From: Candidatus Micrarchaeia archaeon
GTDB taxonomy: Archaea; Micrarchaeota; Micrarchaeia; Norongarragalinales; UBA8480
Length of the DNA stretch: 45,549 bases
Direction: 5' to 3'
Assembly: GCA_039794045.1 (NCBI GenBank)
Contig: JBAMLY010000003.1
Coordinates: 1-45,549, forward strand
The position numbers and the translations under genes were made by a program. Below are positions 34,716-42,794 of the stretch, one piece after another (the first letter of the stretch is position 1; every line of letters starts with the position of its first letter). Below the pieces are notes generated by a model, which was not told where the DNA came from, did not search any database, and saw only the letters and a program-made list of their open reading frames with translations.

Positions 34716-34727
34716 CTTAAAGCACCA

Positions 34728-34743
34728 ATATCGGTATCGATAT
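34728..34743. promoter_or_regulatory. Palindromic operator candidate ATATCG-GTAT-CGATAT upstream of padR
   Basis: Perfect 6-bp inverted repeat between a minus-strand TATA-like TTTTATAT (about 34756-34763) and the padR ATG. Confidence 0.55.
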
Positions 34744-34821
34744 ATAACGCCAGGAATATAAAAATCTTTGCGCCCCGCGCGCCCGCAAGCCCTTAAAACC
34801 GTGGAAAGCAAAACAATTCTC

Positions 34822-35937
34822 ATGCAGCAGATGAGCAACCTCGACTACTTTTTTCTATCGCGCGAACTCAATAGAGAGCTGGCGGGCGGCCGCTTCAACA
34901 AGGCTTACCAGACTGGAGAGCGAAGGTTGCGCTTCAAGTTTCACAAGCAAGGAGAACGCAACCTTGCCGTAGAACTCGGCGTTCGCGCGCACTTGACTAA
35001 GTTCGTTGAAGAAGCAGCAAGCGAACAGTCTGTCTTCGTCTCGCTTTTGAGGAAAAAACTAGACAACGCAGTAGTTGAAGAAGTTTCGCAGCAAAACTTC
35101 GATAGAGTAATTCGCTTCAAGCTCTGCAAGAAAGAGGCTTTCTTTCTCTTCCTGGAGATGCTCGGGAAAGGTAATGCAGTCTTAACGGGCGCTAACTCGA
35201 AAATAATTGGGGTTTTCGAGGGCCAGGAATACGCCGCGCGCTCGCTTAAGCCAGGGCACGAATACGTATTGCCTCCATCTAATAAAATCTTGCCAGGCGA
35301 GGCAACAGAAAGCGACTTCTCAGACTGTAAGGGAAAAGTTGTTGCGGTCTTATCGAAGAAAGTGGCGCTCTCTCCTTTTTACTTGAATGAAGCCTGTGCT
35401 CGCGCCGGCGTGGACGCTGGAGCGCAGTTTGAGGAACTGCCGCGAGAAAAGGTTGCGCGGCTACTGCAAGCCCTGCACTCGCTGCTTGGAGAATGCAAGC
35501 CAGTAGTTTACTTCAAGGACGGAAACCCATTCGCTTTCTCTCCCTTTCCACTCGTCAAGTTCGCTGGCGACGCAACTTTTTCCTTTAAGGAGTTCAAGTC
35601 TTTTTCCGATGCCCTCGACGAATACTATGCGGCAGCGCGTGCACGCGAGCCAGAAAAAGCCAAGCCGATCCGCTTACTGAAGCTTGAAAGCGCTCTAGCG
35701 CAACAACAAAAAGCGGTCTCGGAACTGGAGAAGAGAGAAGCTGAAGAGCGCGCGAAAGCCGAACTCGTGTCATTGCACGCCGAAACATTAGACCACGCCA
35801 TAGCGCTGGCGAACAAGCTAAAGAAAGGAAAAAAAACTGCTCGCGAGATAGAGGCCGCTGTGAACGAAGTGTTGGCTGCTTGCGGCCTGCGCTGCAGCAT
35901 GCGCAAGCACGACGAACTAGTAGTCGAAGAAAAATAA
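34822..35937 (+). CDS. Rqc2/NEMF (NFACT) family protein, N-terminal part only
   Basis: MSNLD, FVSLLRKKL, QQNFDRVI, EMLGKGNAVL, FKSFSDALDEYY and a coiled coil; no NFACT-R (FHAD/GA) region visible. Confidence 0.85.
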   Translation: MQQMSNLDYFFLSRELNRELAGGRFNKAYQTGERRLRFKFHKQGERNLAVELGVRAHLTKFVEEAASEQSVFVSLLRKKLDNAVVEEVSQQNFDRVIRFKLCKKEAFFLFLEMLGKGNAVLTGANSKIIGVFEGQEYAARSLKPGHEYVLPPSNKILPGEATESDFSDCKGKVVAVLSKKVALSPFYLNEACARAGVDAGAQFEELPREKVARLLQALHSLLGECKPVVYFKDGNPFAFSPFPLVKFAGDATFSFKEFKSFSDALDEYYAAARAREPEKAKPIRLLKLESALAQQQKAVSELEKREAEERAKAELVSLHAETLDHAIALANKLKKGKKTAREIEAAVNEVLAACGLRCSMRKHDELVVEEK

Positions 35938-35964
35938 AGCCGAAAAAGAGAAAGAGAGATCGGC

Positions 35965-36243
35965 TTACAATAAGCCCGTGGCGGACTCCGTAGAGATTCC
36001 GCGGCGGTCCATCACCATCACGTCTTTGACGTCGAGAACGCTCGAGTAAGGCAAGGCAATCAGTCCGCCTTCCTTTTTAGCTCGCGCTGCCACGCTCGAC
36101 TCAGGGTTTGGTTCGACGAGCACGCTTTCAATCTTGCCGGTCAACTCGTTCATGTACAAGTCGATTATGCGTCCGAGTTCCTCTCCGTCAGTCGTAATTA
36201 TTCTTTTTCCTGCTAACTGCTTGGCTATAGCAAACTTAACCAT
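35965..36243 (-). CDS. PRC-barrel domain protein (CdpB-like)
   Basis: AKQLAGKRIITTDGEELGRIIDL..TGKIESVLVEP..LPYSSVLDVKDVMVMD; AGGTGA SD. Confidence 0.9.
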   Translation of the reverse strand: MVKFAIAKQLAGKRIITTDGEELGRIIDLYMNELTGKIESVLVEPNPESSVAARAKKEGGLIALPYSSVLDVKDVMVMDRRGISTESATGLL

Positions 36244-36361
36244 TCAATCACCTTCGCGAAAATCAACCATATTCACGCCCGCCTTATTTAAATAGTCTTC
36301 GTTACGCTACTAAAAATCTTTAAAAACGCCGCCTGCTTTTTGCTTGCAGGTGAAAATACTG

Positions 36362-36610
36362 ATGAAAATCAAGGAAGAAGTAATGAAGGTCATTGAAGGC
36401 CTTAAAACCCAGGGATTCAACCCTTTGGACGCAATCTTTGAGGGCGCGGTAGGCGTCAAAGACGACGCAACGCTAGCTTTCATGGACAAGCTCAACGACG
36501 CGCAACTCGTTTCGGGAGTCATTAGAGTAGTGTATGCTGCCGACGGCAACAACGTCAGGTTCGTTGAAATCCCTGTCGGGCAAACCCCAGAAGGCGGCGC
36601 CAAAGAATAA
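36362..36610 (+). CDS. Small hypothetical protein
   Basis: AGGTGA SD before ATG; natural composition; fills the intergenic gap. Confidence 0.6.
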   Translation: MKIKEEVMKVIEGLKTQGFNPLDAIFEGAVGVKDDATLAFMDKLNDAQLVSGVIRVVYAADGNNVRFVEIPVGQTPEGGAKE

Positions 36611-36650
36611 AGCTTTTGGTTTAATACCTTATTCATCGAAAAAAGCATTC

Positions 36651-37613
36651 ATGAACGACTACCAAGCCCGCCTGCAAAGAGCAGGCTACCGCTTCATCGG
36701 CGGCAACAAAAACGCGGCAATAAAAGTTTGTTCTTGGACGAAGAAGTCGCTTACCGGCAAAGAAGCGTGCTACAAGAACGCCTTCTACGGAATCCAGTCG
36801 TGGCGCTGCCTGCAACTCGCACCTTTTTGGAGTGCTTGCGACAACAACTGCGTGCACTGCTGGCGCGAAACAGCCTTTCTTTCAAGCAAAGCGCCGGCGC
36901 AAAGTGAAGCCGACGAGCCGAGCCAAGTAATAGAAGAAGCTATTGCGGCGCAGCGCGCGCTTCTCAACGGCTTTCCAGGACACGAGAAAATTGATTTAAA
37001 GCGATGGAAGGAAGCCCAGCAACCAATTCACTGCGCGATTTCCTTAATGGGAGAGCCTACTCTCTACCCATTCTTAGCAGACTTGATCAAAGAACTACGC
37101 AAGCGCGAAATGACTTCCTTCCTGGTCTCAAACGGCTTGCACCCCGAAGTCTTGCGCGGCCTCGCAGAGAAAAGCGCGCTTCCTACCCAACTCTATATTT
37201 CACTCAACGCGTGGGATGCAGCGAGCTTCGCTAAAAACTCGGGAAACAACTCTGAAAGCGCTTGGCAGAAATTCTTGGAGTCAGCGAAGCTCTTGTCACA
37301 ACTAAAGGGAAGAACGCGCACTGTCCTGCGCATGACTCTCGCCAAAAACCACAACCTCTGCAACGCGCCCGCTTACGCCAAAATAATTAAGGAAAGCGAG
37401 TGCGACTACTGCGAAGTCAAAGCGTGGATGGCAGTGGGCTCTTCGCGCGAGCGCCTCGGCGTGCAGGCAATGCCTGCGCACTCGGAAATAAGTGCTTTCG
37501 CTTCAGAACTAGCAGCGGCTACTGGTTACCAGCGCTCCGCGGAACACAAGCCATCGCGAGTAATCTTGTTGTGTCGAGACGAAAAAACAGAGAAAGCGCG
37601 CTTCCTTTTGTGA
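36651..37613 (+). CDS. taw1: 4-demethylwyosine synthase (radical SAM, TYW1/Taw1)
   Basis: IKVCSWTKK, CYKNAFYGIQSWRCLQ, CDNNCVHCWR, AISLMGEPTLY, EVKAWMAVGSSR. Confidence 0.95.
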   Translation: MNDYQARLQRAGYRFIGGNKNAAIKVCSWTKKSLTGKEACYKNAFYGIQSWRCLQLAPFWSACDNNCVHCWRETAFLSSKAPAQSEADEPSQVIEEAIAAQRALLNGFPGHEKIDLKRWKEAQQPIHCAISLMGEPTLYPFLADLIKELRKREMTSFLVSNGLHPEVLRGLAEKSALPTQLYISLNAWDAASFAKNSGNNSESAWQKFLESAKLLSQLKGRTRTVLRMTLAKNHNLCNAPAYAKIIKESECDYCEVKAWMAVGSSRERLGVQAMPAHSEISAFASELAAATGYQRSAEHKPSRVILLCRDEKTEKARFLL

Positions 37614-37614
37614 G

Positions 37615-38463
37615 TCAAACTCCCGCGCTCAAGCGCAGCAAGTCACGCGCGCCAGGAGCAAGCCCAAAAATGGTTACAAGCAAAAGCAAGTAGTTGCGCA
37701 CCCGGGTTTCACTCGGTTTTCTCAGTTCACTGCGCACAACGAGCACTACAGCGAGGGCGAAAACTGTTTTCAGTGCAAGAAACGCAAGCGGCCCGCCAGC
37801 GCCAATAACCGCGCCGCCGACAACGTGCTGCTCGAAGTAATTCGCGGAAGGAGTGCCGAACGCCGTGGCCACGAACGTCGCGCCGCCGTCAAGGCACTGG
37901 CTGAAGACCGCCAGCCGCTCGATTAACTCGCTTTCGTGCTTGAGCGCGCGCGAAATCACTTCAAGGAAAGCAACTCCGAGCGCCCCTAAGCCAATTATCG
38001 CGGCCGCGTGCAGCCAATACTTTTGGAGCGGCAGAGTCACTGAAAAAGCAAGCAAGAATAAAGTTATTCCAACGACTGCCATGAATTTTTCGCGCGAAAT
38101 CTTTTTCGCGCTCTCGAGGACTCCGCCGAGCCACACGCTCGCGACGACGACGCCGAAGACGAGGAAATAAATTCCCGGCGTTATAAATAAGAACAAGGGA
38201 ACTCCAAAGAAGCTAGTCTCGCGTGGAAGTATTTTTGCGTCCTCGCAAACTCTAAGCGCGCTTCCAAACAACACGAATGGAGTGACTGCGAGCACGAATT
38301 TTGCGTTGACTTCCACTCGCCAAAACTTTAATAGCTTGTAAATCAAGTAAGCAGCGACCAGCGCGGCCGCAGCGAAAACGAGTGTGTTCACTGCGTTGTA
38401 GGGCGCGTACTCTCCAGGGTAGCGCATTGGATTCAAAAAATATTCTTCAAGGAAAGAAGCCAT
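37615..38463 (-). CDS. DUF63-family membrane protein
   Basis: YNAVNTL, PFVLFGSALRVCED, ITPGIY, LDGGATF, YFEQHV, GLAPGARDLLR. Confidence 0.88.
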   Translation of the reverse strand: MASFLEEYFLNPMRYPGEYAPYNAVNTLVFAAAALVAAYLIYKLLKFWRVEVNAKFVLAVTPFVLFGSALRVCEDAKILPRETSFFGVPLFLFITPGIYFLVFGVVVASVWLGGVLESAKKISREKFMAVVGITLFLLAFSVTLPLQKYWLHAAAIIGLGALGVAFLEVISRALKHESELIERLAVFSQCLDGGATFVATAFGTPSANYFEQHVVGGAVIGAGGPLAFLALKTVFALAVVLVVRSELRKPSETRVRNYLLLLVTIFGLAPGARDLLRLSAGV

Positions 38464-38498
38464 CAACTTTTTTACTTTCTTCTCTCTTTTATTTGAGT

Positions 38499-39341
38499 AT
38501 GAATGCCTTCAAGCAGGAATTGCTGCGCCTCGGCTTTCCCAGAGAAAAAATAGAGCGCGTAAGGGGCGCCTATGATTTAGTGGGTGATATTGCAGTCCTT
38601 GAAGCCGAGCCATCACTGCGAAAATATTTTCCTTTGCTCGCGCAAGCCATTCGCAACATAAACAAGCACGTGAAAGTAGTGGCGCGCAAGGCCGGAGCAA
38701 CAAAGGGAAGGTTTCGCGTGCGCAAAATTTCAGTGATAAGCGGCGAAAAACGTTCTTTTACTGTACACAAGGAAAGCGGTTGCGCCTTCAAAGTAGACTT
38801 GAACAAAGCTTTTTTTTCTCCGCGCCTCGCCTTCGAACGCGAGCGCGTCGCCGCGCAAGTAAAGCCAGGTGAAAACGTTTTGGTTGCTTTCGCGGGCGTT
38901 GGTCCTTTTGCTGTAGTTGCAGCAAAGAAACAACCCAACGCTAGCGTCGTCGCAGTAGAACTCAATCCCCAAGCTGTGAAATTGTTGAAGGAAAACATTG
39001 AATTAAACAAGGTCGGCGACCGCGTGCAAGCAGTCAAAGCCGATGCAGCAAAGTTTTTTGCCAACGAGAAAAACTGGGAGCGGTTCGACCGAGTAGTAAT
39101 GCCGTTGCCTCACGGCGGATACGGCTTCCTCCCCGCCGGAGTAAAGTGCTGCAGGAAGGGGGGAACGATTCACTTTTACTACATTCCCCCAAAAGGCAAG
39201 AACGCGGAAAAAGAAGCTGTTAGGCTTGCGAGGCAGGCGTGCGCCGAAAACAAGCGTAAGTTTAAACTGCTTTTTACTCGGCCAGTGCTTACCTTTGCGC
39301 CGCACGTGGACGAAGTAGTAGTTGACTTCAAAGCGCTTTGA
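38499..39341 (+). CDS. trm5: Trm5-family tRNA (m1G37) SAM-dependent methyltransferase
   Basis: YDLVGDIAV, TVHKESG..VDL..FFSPRL..ER, FAGVGPF, ELNP, MPLP. Confidence 0.88.
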   Translation: MNAFKQELLRLGFPREKIERVRGAYDLVGDIAVLEAEPSLRKYFPLLAQAIRNINKHVKVVARKAGATKGRFRVRKISVISGEKRSFTVHKESGCAFKVDLNKAFFSPRLAFERERVAAQVKPGENVLVAFAGVGPFAVVAAKKQPNASVVAVELNPQAVKLLKENIELNKVGDRVQAVKADAAKFFANEKNWERFDRVVMPLPHGGYGFLPAGVKCCRKGGTIHFYYIPPKGKNAEKEAVRLARQACAENKRKFKLLFTRPVLTFAPHVDEVVVDFKAL

Positions 39342-39368
39342 TGGCTCACGCTAAAAACTATTGAAAGA

Positions 39369-39486
39369 GTGGCAGCGGAAACCGCTTTTCCCGTTCGCCA
39401 GAACAGTACTCTGCAGGTCGCAGGAGCGCTTCACTTCCGTGTTCGAAAAGGGAACGGGTGTTTGTGCTCCCCTATGACCGCTGACC
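39369..39486 (-). rRNA. rrf: 5S rRNA (stand-alone)
   Basis: Minus strand CAGCGGTCATAG..ACACCCGTTCCCTTTTCGAACACGGAAGTGAAGC..AGTACT..GGGAA..CCGCTG; terminal stem pairs; ends approximate. Confidence 0.93.
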
Positions 39487-39533
39487 GCAATTATTTTGCG
39501 CGCCAAAAATAATAAAGCTTGCGGTTGCACTCG

Positions 39534-39836
39534 TTACTCGATGTAGTCTTGCAGGATTTCTACGGCGCGCTTTATGCTTTGCTCTATTTGTTTCTCGCTC
39601 TTGGCGCCGCTGCAGATTACTTTGCCGTTCTTGAACAGCAAGAGGGTAGTACCCAATTCTTTTAAACGCATTATTGCGCCGGGAAACTGTTCTGGCTCGT
39701 ATTCCACGTTGTCTACTTCCATTGCGATGTTGAACAAGTCGAGTTCTACTTTCAAGTTCGCGCTTGCAACAATATTTTCTACCTTGAAGCTCGTGTCAAT
39801 TTTTTTCTTTAGCTTCCCGGTTTTTGCTTTAGCCAT
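39534..39836 (-). CDS. Single-repeat TATA-binding-protein-like protein
   Basis: VENIVASA..LDL..EYEPEQFPG.IMR..LLFKNGKVICSGAKS; one TBP repeat only, with its own AGGTGAGG SD and stop. Confidence 0.88.
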   Translation of the reverse strand: MAKAKTGKLKKKIDTSFKVENIVASANLKVELDLFNIAMEVDNVEYEPEQFPGAIMRLKELGTTLLLFKNGKVICSGAKSEKQIEQSIKRAVEILQDYIE

Positions 39837-39904
39837 TTCCTCACCTGACGAAGAGAAATTGTTTTAAAGCCTTAATAAATCTTTTTAAAATTAGAATTGT
39901 TGCC

Positions 39905-40222
39905 TTAAATAAGCAGCAATAAGACGGCTATGACGGCGATAACAGCCAAAAAGTTTCCGGCCGTGAATGACTCCAACGACTTCCTCGCAAGAAGAACTAA
40001 GGCAATCGCGGCAATCAAGCCAGGCAAGCCAAACGCAATTATTCCGCCCAAAGCAGACACTGCCAAGCCGAACAAACCCGCAATAACCGACCCTACAGCC
40101 AGAATCAACGCGTAAAAACCGCCGTAAAAAGCGTCACTGCCTCCGAAGCCATGCAGTTCAACAAGTATAAATACTAGTAACAAGAAACCAATTAAGAGAG
40201 TTGACAAGTCATCTGAATTCAT
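39905..40222 (-). CDS. Small Gly-rich membrane protein
   Basis: Three to four hydrophobic segments. Confidence 0.65.
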   Translation of the reverse strand: MNSDDLSTLLIGFLLLVFILVELHGFGGSDAFYGGFYALILAVGSVIAGLFGLAVSALGGIIAFGLPGLIAAIALVLLARKSLESFTAGNFLAVIAVIAVLLLLI

Positions 40223-40291
40223 GAAACCATCTTATAACCATTAGTTTGTAGTAACAAATTTAAAATAGTTTCTTTTGGAGGGCGTTTTAGC

Positions 40292-40564
40292 ATGAGGAGG
40301 TCGCATGGTTATTATTCTGGTGGAAGCCGGGGGATAAGGGCTGGGAAGAGGACGCCGATAACGAGGAAGTTGAAAAAACTTCCAGTTGGCGCCGCAGTGC
40401 GCATCAAAGTCGACCCAAGGCAGCCTTGCCCGCTCAAGCTGCGTTACAACAACAGAGTAGGCAAAATAGTTGGCCTTCAAGGCAGGGCTTACGTCGTTGA
40501 ACTCAACGACTTGGGTAAAACTAAAAAGTTCGTCGTCTCCAACGACCACTTAATACTAGTGTGA
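40292..40564 (+). CDS. rpl21e: 50S ribosomal protein L21e
   Basis: RRSHGY, VRIKVDP, RYNNRVGKIVG.QGRAYVV..KKFVV..HL; canonical rpl21e-rpoF-DUF655-ksgA order. Confidence 0.92.
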   Translation: MRRSHGYYSGGSRGIRAGKRTPITRKLKKLPVGAAVRIKVDPRQPCPLKLRYNNRVGKIVGLQGRAYVVELNDLGKTKKFVVSNDHLILV

Positions 40565-40569
40565 TTTGA

Positions 40570-40908
40570 ATGCAGGCACTGAAAGAAAGATTTGTTACGC
40601 TCTCCGAAGCCGCAGAAATGCTTGAAGAACGCGCTAAAGAACAAAAAGGCGCTCCTTTGAGCTACGAACAACAAAACACGTTAGAGTACTGCAAGAAGTT
40701 TGGCGTGCTGTCAGAAAAACAAGTAAAGCAAATGAAGAAAGAGCTTCTCGACACTGGCGTGCTGTCCGAAAAACAAGTAGTAAAACTAATTGATTTGCTG
40801 CCCTCTAAGGAAGACGAACTAAAAACAATTCTGGTCGGCAGCGGCGAAATCCCTGCCGCGGACAAACTCAAGGAAATACTGAAAATCTGCAAATCTTACA
40901 AGCCTTAA
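40570..40908 (+). CDS. rpoF: RNA polymerase subunit F (Rpo4)
   Basis: VTLSEA.EML, LSYEQQNTLEYCKKF, KLIDLLP; synteny. Confidence 0.9.
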   Translation: MQALKERFVTLSEAAEMLEERAKEQKGAPLSYEQQNTLEYCKKFGVLSEKQVKQMKKELLDTGVLSEKQVVKLIDLLPSKEDELKTILVGSGEIPAADKLKEILKICKSYKP

Positions 40909-40968
40909 GCAAAGTAAATTAAATGGCTTCAACGAAACAATTCTAGTTACCTGGGGAGATGCACAGTG

Positions 40969-41529
40969 ATGAAACGCGAGGAACACGCTTTAGTCTTGGA
41001 TTTTCTGCCTTACGGCCGCTCTACTGCGGCCCAGGGAGAACCAATAGCTCAAGTAGTGGGAGACGCTTACTTCACGCTATTGGAACTCGTTTTAAAGCGC
41101 GACGCTAAAGTAGCGGCTGGAGAAAAGCTTTATATCGGCCCCGGCGAGAGAGAAAAAATAGATCACATCGCGGGCCGCATTTCATACAACCAGTTGACGA
41201 GCAGCGCCCAAAAAGAACTCGAACACGCCGTGCGCGTCATAGTCAAAGCCCGCGAAGCAGACTTCGTGAACTTCTTCAACCGCGCCGGCCCAATAAGCAT
41301 TCGCGCTCACACGCTGGAACTCCTTCCGTCCATCGGCAAAAAGCACTTGAAAGCGATTCTTGACGAGCGACAAAAAAAGCCTTTCACTAGCTTTCAAGAC
41401 ATTCGAGAACGCCTTTCCACGCTGGGAAACGTGGAAGACATTTTCGTTAACCGCATTCTCGAGGAAGTGCGCGGCGACTCCAAGTACTATTTCTTCGTGA
41501 AGCCAATGCGCTCCGCGGAAGAACGCTGA
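40969..41529 (+). CDS. DUF655 putative RNA-binding protein
   Basis: EEHALVLDFLP.G, FTLLEL, FFNRAGPISIRAHTLELLPSIGKK, PFTSFQDI. Confidence 0.92.
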   Translation: MKREEHALVLDFLPYGRSTAAQGEPIAQVVGDAYFTLLELVLKRDAKVAAGEKLYIGPGEREKIDHIAGRISYNQLTSSAQKELEHAVRVIVKAREADFVNFFNRAGPISIRAHTLELLPSIGKKHLKAILDERQKKPFTSFQDIRERLSTLGNVEDIFVNRILEEVRGDSKYYFFVKPMRSAEER

Positions 41530-41534
41530 ATTAA

Positions 41535-41978
41535 ATGCTTCCCTTGGCCCACACAGGCATCGCGGCTTTCTTCGCCGAAAACACGCGCCCTCAACTTCTC
41601 CAGCCCGCGGCAACAGCATTCTTCGCGTTGCTTCCAGACTTGGTTGACAAGCCACTGTTTTTATTGGGAGTCACTCCCTCTTCTCGCTTCATTGCCCACA
41701 CTCTCTTTTTCGCGTTCGCAGTTTCACTCATAGTTTTCTTCGCGGCTCCTCGAAAGCTTCGCTGGCCGCTTGCTTGTTCCGCGCTCTTCGGCTGCACAAC
41801 GCACTTGCTTCTCGACTCGTACGGCTTTCTTCCACTCTTCTACCCATTCTTGCCTTACGACTTCCCATCCACCAACTTCGACTTGACTTTCAATGTTCTC
41901 ACCACCTTATTCGAGTTGATTGGATTCTGTTGCATTGTTTTAGTTGTTCTAGAAAAGCAGGGAGAGAAAACAACTTGA
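41535..41978 (+). CDS. Membrane-bound metal-dependent hydrolase (YdjM-like)
   Basis: AH, LLPDLVDKP, RFIAHTL, THLLLD. Confidence 0.85.
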   Translation: MLPLAHTGIAAFFAENTRPQLLQPAATAFFALLPDLVDKPLFLLGVTPSSRFIAHTLFFAFAVSLIVFFAAPRKLRWPLACSALFGCTTHLLLDSYGFLPLFYPFLPYDFPSTNFDLTFNVLTTLFELIGFCCIVLVVLEKQGEKTT

Positions 41979-42748
41979 AAGCCAAGAAAAAATTAAGCCA
42001 GCACTTTCTCGTGGATGACTCGGTAGCCGAACAAATAGCTGAAGTCATTGACTTAAACGGCAAGACAGTCATAGAAATTGGTGCCGGCGCAGGCGCTCTA
42101 ACTGCATTCCTCGCCGCCCGTGCCAAGAGAGTAATCGCCGTGGAATTAGATGAAGAATTAATTCCTGAACTCCAAAAACTATTGTCTTACTACGACAACA
42201 TCGAAATAGTGAACGCGGACGCTCTGAAAACCGAGCTCGGCGGCTACGACGCAGTATTCGGAAACATTCCCTATAACATTTCTTCTCCTATCCTCGTCAA
42301 GCTCTTAAAATCGCGCTTCAACAAAGCAGTTTTACTGCTTCAAAAAGAACTCGCTGAACGCCTCGTCGCCCAACCCGGCGAAAAAAACTATTCTCGCTTG
42401 AGCGTTCTCGCTCAAAACAACGCGCGCATTAAAATAGTTTCAGAAGTCCCCCCAACTGCCTTCGAGCCGCCGCCCACAGTAAGCTCTGCAGTGGTTCTAC
42501 TGGAAGAAAAAAAGCAGTCACAGAAAAAAAAGCTTGACGACGCCCTCGTGACAGCGCTTTTCCAGCACAAGAACCAAACGCTTTCAAACGCGTTAAAGCA
42601 CTCGACCGCGTCACTGAAAAAAAGCAAGAACGAACTCAAGCAAGCCTCGCGAAAACTCTCCTTCAACAAAAAACGCGTGCGCAGCCTTTCCTTGGAAGAA
42701 CTCGAAGAAACTTCTAGGGAATGGAAAAAATTGAGTGCAAAGCAATAA
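41975..42748 (+). CDS. ksgA: 16S rRNA m6,2A dimethyltransferase KsgA/RsmA
   Basis: KKLSQHFL, IEIGAGAGALT, VELD, GNIPYNISS, QKELAERL, YSRLSV, FEPPPTVSSAV. Confidence 0.95.
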   Translation: MKAKKKLSQHFLVDDSVAEQIAEVIDLNGKTVIEIGAGAGALTAFLAARAKRVIAVELDEELIPELQKLLSYYDNIEIVNADALKTELGGYDAVFGNIPYNISSPILVKLLKSRFNKAVLLLQKELAERLVAQPGEKNYSRLSVLAQNNARIKIVSEVPPTAFEPPPTVSSAVVLLEEKKQSQKKKLDDALVTALFQHKNQTLSNALKHSTASLKKSKNELKQASRKLSFNKKRVRSLSLEELEETSREWKKLSAKQ

Positions 42749-42794
42749 CCGCATAAAAACCAGGCAACAAAAAACTTTGAAGCAAGCCCTCCCC

